Below, in pieces: positions 57,721 to 64,000 of a stretch of 64,000 bases of DNA (positions are counted from its first letter, which is position 1; every line of letters begins with the position of its first letter). Made by a program: the position numbers and the translations under genes. Below the pieces are notes generated by a model that saw only the letters and a list, made by a program, of their open reading frames with translations, did no database searches and had not been told where the DNA came from. Origin of the DNA: Chloroflexota bacterium (GTDB lineage: Bacteria > Chloroflexota > Limnocylindria > Limnocylindrales > CSP1-4); NCBI GenBank assembly GCA_045804645.1, contig JBJMMR010000041.1, forward strand, positions 9,474 through 73,473. Direction: 5' to 3'.

Positions 57721-58449
57721 TCAGCGGCCTTTCGATCGAGCCTCGGGTGGTTCGGCACGATGACGATGGTCCGGCCGGTCGCCTGTGGGGCTCGCAGCCC
57801 ACGCCGCGGCGTTCGCGATCACGCGGCGGACGCCCGGGTGCCGATATGACGGATGCGTCTCGTGACCCGGCCGGAAATAGAAGATCCGGCCGCGGCCGCG
57901 TTCGTAGCAGCAGCCGCTCCGGAACACCTCCCCGCCCGAGAACCAGCTGATCAGCACGAGGCGGTCCGGAGCCGGGACGTCGAAATGCTCGCCGTACATC
58001 TCCTCGGCGTCGAGCGTGAAGCCTTCTCCGAGTCCCTCCGCGATCGGATGCGCCGGGTCGACGACCCACACCCGCTCGTGGTCGCCGCCCTCGCGCCAGT
58101 TCAGGTCGCAGGTCGTTCCCATGAGCCGCTTGAAGATCTTCGAGTGATGCGCCGAGTGCAGGACGATGAGACCCATCCCGTCGAGGACGCGGCGATGGAC
58201 GCGCTCGACGATCGCGTCGTCCACCTCGCGATGCGCGGTATGGCCCCACCAGGTGAGCACGTCCGTCTCCGCGAGTACGTCTTCGCTGAGTCCGTGCTCG
58301 GACTCGTCGAGCGTCGCCGTCCGCACGTCGAACCCGGCGTCGCGCAAGCCCTCCGCGATGACGGCGTGGATGCCGTCGGGGTAGACCTCTGCGACCGGCG
58401 GGTCGCGTCGCTCCTGGCGGTACTCCGCCCAGACCGTGACCCGCGTCAT
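57721..58449 (-). CDS. ThuA (trehalose utilisation) domain protein
   Basis: VYPDGIH, WWGH, LHSAH, EEMYGE and FRPGHET. Confidence 0.92.
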   Translation of the reverse strand: MTRVTVWAEYRQERRDPPVAEVYPDGIHAVIAEGLRDAGFDVRTATLDESEHGLSEDVLAETDVLTWWGHTAHREVDDAIVERVHRRVLDGMGLIVLHSAHHSKIFKRLMGTTCDLNWREGGDHERVWVVDPAHPIAEGLGEGFTLDAEEMYGEHFDVPAPDRLVLISWFSGGEVFRSGCCYERGRGRIFYFRPGHETHPSYRHPGVRRVIANAAAWAASPTGDRPDHRHRAEPPEARSKGR

Positions 58450-59525
58450 GACGCCGCCTGCGTCAGCGAGTTCGCCGCCCCGACGGCCCCGGCTCGCCCC
58501 GTCGAGATCGGCACCGCGCTGCCGAGCGTCACGACGGCGCCCCCATTCTGGGCTGACAAGCGGATCGCATCCCAGAGTCGAGCCATCCGGAGTCCCACCT
58601 CGGCGGGGTTCGGATTCGGCGCCCCCCCCGCGCGTACCTGGCTGAAGCGTTCCCACACCGACGCGGGCCCCTCGGACGAGACACGACGGAAACGGCGGCG
58701 GCCGGCGCGCTGGAGCTCGAGCAGGTCGCCGTAGATCCCGGTACGGAGGATCGCCTTGGTCGTGAAGAACCGGACCTCGGAGTCCAACGACGGGATCGCC
58801 CGGCCACAGCCGTTCATCGTCACGAGCGCACCGGAGGTGAGCCGGCCCATCACCACCGTTCGAACGTCGACGGGGTACCCGTCGTCGGCCTGCCACGCGG
58901 CGACGTCGACGAAATCCTCGCCGGCAAGATCCGTGACCGTGTTGAGCATGTGCGCGCCCGTGTCGAACATGAATCCGCCGCCTGATGCCTCGGGCTGCTG
59001 GCGCCACGACCCCGCGGTGTTCGTCGCCCAGTCCTGCCAGACGACCGCGCTGATGTTGAGGATCGCGCCGAGTTCACCCGACCGAAGTAGCCGGCGTGCC
59101 TCGGTACCCCGCGTCGACGCCGTGCCCTGGAACGCCACCATGAGGGTCCGTCCGGTCCGGTCGCGCGTCTCGATCAGTGCCTCAGCCTCAGCCGCGGTCA
59201 TCACCATGGGCTTCTCGAGGATCACGTCGAGGCCGGCTTCCATGCAAGCCGTCGCCTGGGCGTGGTGCAGGACGTGCGGCGTGACGATGACGACGGCGTC
59301 GAGCTGAGCCGCGTAGGTCTCGATGAAGCGCGGCCAGTCCGGTTCGTTCGGCGGAAGCCGTAGGCCTCGCTCGCGAAAGAGCTTCTCGGCGAATGCGTAC
59401 GCTGTCTCCGACGGCTCGCAGACGGCGACCACCCGGCCACCGTGATCGAGGACGTCTCGAGCGTGGCCGCGGGCCATCATCCCGAGGCCGATGAATCCGA
59501 CACGGGCGGCGGTCGGTCGTTGCAT
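58446..59525 (-). CDS. Gfo/Idh/MocA oxidoreductase
   Basis: GFIGLG, TPHVLH, EKPM and [11 protein letters not shown]. Confidence 0.92.
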   Translation of the reverse strand: MQRPTAARVGFIGLGMMARGHARDVLDHGGRVVAVCEPSETAYAFAEKLFRERGLRLPPNEPDWPRFIETYAAQLDAVVIVTPHVLHHAQATACMEAGLDVILEKPMVMTAAEAEALIETRDRTGRTLMVAFQGTASTRGTEARRLLRSGELGAILNISAVVWQDWATNTAGSWRQQPEASGGGFMFDTGAHMLNTVTDLAGEDFVDVAAWQADDGYPVDVRTVVMGRLTSGALVTMNGCGRAIPSLDSEVRFFTTKAILRTGIYGDLLELQRAGRRRFRRVSSEGPASVWERFSQVRAGGAPNPNPAEVGLRMARLWDAIRLSAQNGGAVVTLGSAVPISTGRAGAVGAANSLTQAAS

Positions 59526-59667
59526 GCGACTAAGCATCCCCTCATACCTGCGCCGACCCCTCCGGCGCGTCCGGGAAAGGCTAGTCCACGCTCGGCCAGA
59601 AGCGCAGCTTCTCCGCGCGCCTGCGGTCGATCGCGATCCTTTTGCAGCTGTGGCGTCGGAGAAGTAG

Positions 59668-59725
59668 TTGACGCGGCAACGACAATCGGAGTACGGTACG
59701 AGCGCTGACAACAAATCTAGTTGGC
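59668..59725 (+). promoter_or_regulatory. Promoter and AT-rich operator upstream of doxX
   Basis: TTGACG - 18 bp - TACGGT, then CAAC-aaatcta-GTTG. Confidence 0.5.
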
Positions 59726-59752
59726 CGTAAACAAACCGGTCACGAGGAACGA

Positions 59753-60268
59753 ATGGATACCCTGGATCTCGCGTTGTTCATCCTTCAGGTCGCGGTCGGC
59801 CTCACCTTCGCGGCGCACGGCGCACAAAAGCTGTTCGGCTGGTGGGAAGGCCCGGGTATCGCGGGCTGGGAAGGCGCGATGCACCACATGGGGTTCCGCC
59901 CGCCGCGCGTCTTCGCCTGGATCTCGGCGATGGTCGAGTTCGCCGGAGGGCTGATGTTGGCGATCGGCCTGCTGTCGCCGTTCGTTGCGGCGGCACTCGT
60001 CGCCCAGGCGGTCGTGATCATCGGACGCGCCCACTGGACGAACGGCTTCTTCAACCAGCGGTCGGGCATCGAATACCCGCTCCTGCTCGGCGCGGGGGCA
60101 GCGGCCCTCGGGCTTGCCGGCCCGAGCGCGCTCAGCATCGACGCCGCCCTTGGCTTCGTCGTGGATCCGACGATGCGCGCCGCGCTGGTGATCGCCGGGA
60201 TCGTGGCGGGGCTCGTCGTCCTGACGATCCCGCGCCTCGGTACGCACACCCGGCCGACGAGCGCCTGA
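59753..60268 (+). CDS. DoxX family membrane protein
   Basis: AHGAQKLFGW..GPG, EFAGG, GIEYP and GPS.LSID. Confidence 0.92.
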   Translation: MDTLDLALFILQVAVGLTFAAHGAQKLFGWWEGPGIAGWEGAMHHMGFRPPRVFAWISAMVEFAGGLMLAIGLLSPFVAAALVAQAVVIIGRAHWTNGFFNQRSGIEYPLLLGAGAAALGLAGPSALSIDAALGFVVDPTMRAALVIAGIVAGLVVLTIPRLGTHTRPTSA

Positions 60269-60351
60269 CCTCGGCCGATCGCCGGCCTGAGCCGCGGTGG
60301 ACCACACGCGGTGTCGACTGCCGTCTGTCATCCTCTGCCCGAGAGGGGACG

Positions 60352-61578
60352 ATGGCATCGACGACGACTCCGACCTACTCGGCCGCGGAGGTTGCACAGC
60401 GCTCTGGCCTCGATGAGGCGTACATCGATCGCCTCATCGCGCTAGGGATCCTTGCCCCCGTCGACCAGGACGGCATGCAGTTTCGCGCGACCGACGTCCG
60501 CCGGGTCGCCGTCATCCGTGCGCTCGACGAGGGCGGCGTGAGCCTCGACGGGATCGGCGAGGCATTTCGCAGCGGCTCCGTGAACCTCGAATTCATGGAG
60601 CAGTCGAGTTATCACCGCTTCGGTTCGGTGGCCGATGAGACATTCGAGCAACTTGCGACGAGGACGCACGTCCCCATCGAGATCGTCCTCGCGATCCGCG
60701 AGGCGTGCGGCGGCGCCCGAGCCGAGCCGTCCGATCGCATCCGCGAGCTGGAGACGCAGGTCGTCCCCATGCTGCAGGCGCAGCTCGAAGGCGGGGTCCG
60801 CCCCGCGGTCGTCGAGCAGGCGCTCCGCGGGTACGGCGACAGCCTGAGGCGCATCTCCGACATCGAGAGCGCGTGGTGGCGATCCGACATGCTCGGCCCG
60901 TTGCTCGCCGCGGGCTTCGACATGGGCAAAGCTGGCGCGGCGACAGCCGAATGGTCGGACCGTCTCGCGGACGAGACCGACGCAGCCGTGCTGGCCATCC
61001 TGCACAGCCACGAGGCCAGCGGCTGGCAGCGCAACATCCTCGAAGGCTTCGAGTCGGCGCTCGTGCAGGCGGGACTGCACGAGCGGGTCGAGCGGCCGCC
61101 GGCGATCTGCTTCCTCGACCTGACGGGCTACACCCGGCTCACCGATAAGTTCGGCGACGAAGCCGCGGCCGAGATGGCCGGTCGTCTGTCACGGATGGTG
61201 CAGGCCGCGTCCGGCAAGCACGGTGGCAGGGCGGTGAAGTGGCTGGGTGACGGGGTCATGTTCGTGTTCCCGGAGCCGGCCGGTGGCATCCGGGCCGCGC
61301 TGGAGATGGTCGCAGATGCGCGCGTCGCCGAACTGCCACCCGCACACGTAGGACTGCACGCCGGTCCCGTCCTGTTCCAGGAAGGCGATTACTTCGGCCG
61401 TACCGTCAACCTCGCGGCGCGGATCGCCGACTATGCGCGACAGGGCGAGGTTCTCGTCAGCCAGGACGTCGTCGACGCGTCGCTCCACTCCGGACTCGGG
61501 TTTCGCGAGATCGGACCCGTCGAGCTGAAGGGGATCCCGGAGCCAGTCCGTCTCCACGTGGCGCTTCCAGCGGGATGA
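60352..61578 (+). CDS. Class III adenylate cyclase with N-terminal MerR-like HTH/regulatory domain
   Basis: FLDLTGYT, KWLGDG, DYFGRTVNLAARI and LKG. Confidence 0.9.
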   Translation: MASTTTPTYSAAEVAQRSGLDEAYIDRLIALGILAPVDQDGMQFRATDVRRVAVIRALDEGGVSLDGIGEAFRSGSVNLEFMEQSSYHRFGSVADETFEQLATRTHVPIEIVLAIREACGGARAEPSDRIRELETQVVPMLQAQLEGGVRPAVVEQALRGYGDSLRRISDIESAWWRSDMLGPLLAAGFDMGKAGAATAEWSDRLADETDAAVLAILHSHEASGWQRNILEGFESALVQAGLHERVERPPAICFLDLTGYTRLTDKFGDEAAAEMAGRLSRMVQAASGKHGGRAVKWLGDGVMFVFPEPAGGIRAALEMVADARVAELPPAHVGLHAGPVLFQEGDYFGRTVNLAARIADYARQGEVLVSQDVVDASLHSGLGFREIGPVELKGIPEPVRLHVALPAG

Positions 61579-61599
61579 CCGCTCCGCCGCTGAGCTCCG

Positions 61600-62061
61600 C
61601 TACGCGACGCGTGTCAGTTCGAAGACCGGACGACCTTCCGCGGCGGTCGTCGGATCGTCGAGGTCCACCCTGTCGACGAGCTTGATGAACTGGATCCCGA
61701 GGGGCATGTCATGCGCGACGCGTCGCAAGACGTCGCGGAAGAAGGCAAGGCGTTCAGAGTCGTCGAGCTCGGTCGCGCGAACCTCCTCCGTTCGTCCGCG
61801 GATGGTGATGGTCGCGCGGCCCGCGGCGCGCAGGTTCTGTACCCAATGGACCTCGCCGAACGGCGCCCACACCCAGCGGCGCCCATCGACGTCGATGATG
61901 GCGATCGGCGTCGTCCGCGGCACGCCGCTCTTGCGACCACGGATCGTCAGCAGGGCGTTGTAGCCGAGGGGCACCCCGGCGCCGAGTAGGGTCTTCGCGA
62001 TCGGGTTGAAGACCGTCACCCAGCGTGGCGCGGGGACGGCAGTGCGGGGTGAGCTGGTCAT
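61600..62061 (-). CDS. Deazaflavin (F420)-dependent nitroreductase family protein
   Basis: LLTIRGRKSG.PR.TP, WVQNLRA and PVFEL. Confidence 0.85.
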   Translation of the reverse strand: MTSSPRTAVPAPRWVTVFNPIAKTLLGAGVPLGYNALLTIRGRKSGVPRTTPIAIIDVDGRRWVWAPFGEVHWVQNLRAAGRATITIRGRTEEVRATELDDSERLAFFRDVLRRVAHDMPLGIQFIKLVDRVDLDDPTTAAEGRPVFELTRVA

Positions 62062-62107
62062 CACAAGACTCCTTGGTGCTTCGGCCATCGAGGCCATGAC
62101 ACAAGGG

Positions 62108-62135
62108 AGACCCCGCCCGAGGCTTGAACGTGACC
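62108..62135 (-). promoter_or_regulatory. Putative ECF41 promoter
   Basis: Minus strand GGTCAC...GTCT upstream of the nitroreductase gene. Confidence 0.5.
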
Positions 62136-62175
62136 GGCGTCGCTAGTGACGAGAGCGTCGGCTGGCGACGACCCC

Positions 62176-63087
62176 TCAGCTCGCGGCGAACGTGAGGTCC
62201 AGGCGCGCGAGGCGCTCGGGGTCGGCCAGCACGTCGATCGCCAGGATCTGTCCGCCGCGCACGGTGAGTGACAGGACCGCGTACGGCGCGCCGTCGGGTG
62301 ACCACGCGACGCCACCGGGGACCCCGTTCACAAGGACACGTGTCGCCGTCGCGGCAAACCGGCGGAAGCTCAGCGCTTGCTTCGCGACGGCCTCGGCGCC
62401 GCGCGTCTCGGCGATCAGCTGCGGGCGGGTCTCGCCGCCGTCCGCACGGACCACTACGTCGGGGTCGAGCACGGCCAGCAGCCGCTCGAAGTCGCCAGCC
62501 CGTGCCGCCGCGAGGAACGCGTCGACGACGACCCATTGACGCTCGAGGCTGCCATCCGGGACCGGTGCGCCGCGGACCCGCCGACGAGCGCGGCTCGCAA
62601 GCTGCCGAGTCGCCGTCGGCGTCCGGCCGACGATCGGCGCGATCTCGTCGAACGGCACCGCGAAGACGTCATGGAGCACGAACGCGACCCGCTCGCTCGG
62701 TGTCAGCGACCCGAGGACGACGAGCAGCGCGAGCCCGACCGAGTCGCCCAGCAGCGCCTCCTGCTCGGGGTCGACGCCCGCTTCGGAGCTCACGATCGGA
62801 TCGGGAAGGTGCGGCTCCAGCGACGCCTCGCGACGCGTCTTGCGCGACCGGAGCATGTTGAGTGCCACCCGGGCCACGACCGTCGTGAGCCAGGCCCGCA
62901 GGTCGTTGACGCCACTCGTATCCGTTCGACTCAGGCGAAGCCATGTCTCCTGGACCGCGTCGTCAGCCTCGGTCAGCGACCCGAGCATGCGATAGGCGAC
63001 GCCCCGCAGGTACGGGCGATCCGCCTCGAATCGATCCGCGAGCCACTCCTGGTCGCCCATGTCTCCGTCCATGCGTGTGGTGGTCAC
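62176..63087 (-). CDS. ECF41 (SigJ-like) sigma factor with SnoaL-like extension
   Basis: AYRMLGS..EADDAVQE, LPDP, FVLHDVF, DGG and DPERL. Confidence 0.92.
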   Translation of the reverse strand: MTTTRMDGDMGDQEWLADRFEADRPYLRGVAYRMLGSLTEADDAVQETWLRLSRTDTSGVNDLRAWLTTVVARVALNMLRSRKTRREASLEPHLPDPIVSSEAGVDPEQEALLGDSVGLALLVVLGSLTPSERVAFVLHDVFAVPFDEIAPIVGRTPTATRQLASRARRRVRGAPVPDGSLERQWVVVDAFLAAARAGDFERLLAVLDPDVVVRADGGETRPQLIAETRGAEAVAKQALSFRRFAATATRVLVNGVPGGVAWSPDGAPYAVLSLTVRGGQILAIDVLADPERLARLDLTFAAS

Positions 63088-63093
63088 CTCGTG

Positions 63094-63120
63094 GACCCGC
63101 CGGCGGCCTCCGATGTGACC
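63094..63120 (-). promoter_or_regulatory. Putative ECF41 autoregulatory promoter
   Basis: Minus strand GGTCACA-N16-GGTC just before the GTG start. Confidence 0.55.
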
Positions 63121-63150
63121 GACGCCCTGCGCGGGCGCCGATCGCGAGGT

Positions 63151-63618
63151 TCACGCCTGCGACGTGCTCGAGGGAGATGTCGCGAGTCCGCGGGCGTACG
63201 CCTCGAGGCGCTGCAGCTCGTCGTCGTAGACCGGACGAAGCAGCCGAGGGGCGAACAGGCGCGTCATGACGCCACGCAGTCCGGGTTCATCGATCACTGT
63301 GTCGAAGCGCACCAACGCGCCGCCGCCCGACGGCTCGACGGTGAACGTCGTGACCACGGTTGGGGATGTCTCGACGAGGATGTGACCGGGATCGGGCTCC
63401 GTGATGGTCGCCGTGGTGGTCTCGCGACGTCCCCCGAGATCCATTGCCCAGGTGACGACCGTTCCCGCCCCGACGCCGCCCTCGATGACGCGCATGTCCG
63501 AGAACGTCGGCGGCAGGAAGCCCTCGGGCCGATGGTGATGCTCGTAGTCCGCGATGCATCGGTAGACCGCGTCCGGCGGGACATCCATCACCCGCTGTGC
63601 CGAGAACGTCGTCCGCAT
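63151..63618 (-). CDS. SRPBCC family protein
   Basis: VYRCIADY..HH..FLPP and GGVGAGT; GGAG RBS. Confidence 0.85.
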   Translation of the reverse strand: MRTTFSAQRVMDVPPDAVYRCIADYEHHHRPEGFLPPTFSDMRVIEGGVGAGTVVTWAMDLGGRRETTTATITEPDPGHILVETSPTVVTTFTVEPSGGGALVRFDTVIDEPGLRGVMTRLFAPRLLRPVYDDELQRLEAYARGLATSPSSTSQA

Positions 63619-63732
63619 CGAGGCTCCTTCCGACTGCTGATGAGCACGCGACGAGCCAGCGTACTGCCGCCGATACGGCCGTGGAGCAGTATCAGCATCT
63701 CGATCCGATCGCGAACGAACGGAGGCGACCCC

Positions 63733-64000
63733 ATGCACGACGAGACCACCGCGCCGACCGCCGCGCCTGCCCGCCCGGGTCTGCTCCGCACGCTCGCGCA
63801 TCGACCGGCGGGCGACGAAGCCACCCTGCCGGTCGAGGGGCATCTCCCTCCGTTCGTCGGCGCGACGGGATGGCTCAACAGCGAACCGCTCACGCCTGAC
63901 GGCCTTCGTGGTGGCGTCGTCCTCGTCGACTTCTGGACCTACACGTGCATCAATTGGCTGCGGACCTTCCCCTATGTCCGAGCCTGGGCGACGAAGTACG
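63733..64000 (+). CDS. DipZ-like thioredoxin/redoxin domain protein (5' part, runs off the window)
   Basis: Absent from the ORF track because it has no stop in the window. GGAGG RBS; translates to ...GWLNSEPLT..LRGGVVLVDFWTYTCINWLRT. Confidence 0.85.
   Translation, partial: MHDETTAPTAAPARPGLLRTLAHRPAGDEATLPVEGHLPPFVGATGWLNSEPLTPDGLRGGVVLVDFWTYTCINWLRTFPYVRAWATKY

Noticed and set aside
59709-59725. NrdR box
   Set aside because: The core spacing is one base short of the consensus, and no ribonucleotide reductase gene is adjacent.
63733-64000. Selenocysteine or recoding in the CINW redox motif
   Set aside because: The codon is TGG (Trp), not TGA, and CxxW variants occur in this DipZ-like family.

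Overview
High-GC bacterial chromosomal segment with about 67 CDS and one tRNA-Glu(TTC). I infer Chloroflexota, probably the uncultured Limnocylindria/Ellin6529 type, from gene content and protein style; this is not verified. Housekeeping content: argS, tdh-kbl, galU, a PASTA Ser/Thr kinase, folC-folP-folB, HtrA with a two-component system, rplY, MoxR-DUF58-VWA, isocitrate lyase, LigC/PrimPol repair genes and three ECF sigma factors. I saw no integrase, transposase, CRISPR array or rRNA. Most notable: two tandem secreted proteins (3357-4148, 4567-5289) share a 5' leader, a signal peptide and a C-terminal TLPxT(D/S)T...WR-transmembrane-basic tail around unrelated passenger domains, which suggests an undescribed protein-sorting or surface-display system. 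Between them lies a twice-repeated ~80-nt element whose hairpin shows compensatory base changes. Other signals: pervasive leaderless-type promoters, two probable CTG starts, an ArgRS with a TIGN instead of HIGH motif, a haloarchaeal-like isocitrate lyase preceded by a small CxCPxFC protein, several small Cys-rich proteins and several readable operators. Start codons were refined by eye, and family assignments come from recalled motifs, not database searches.
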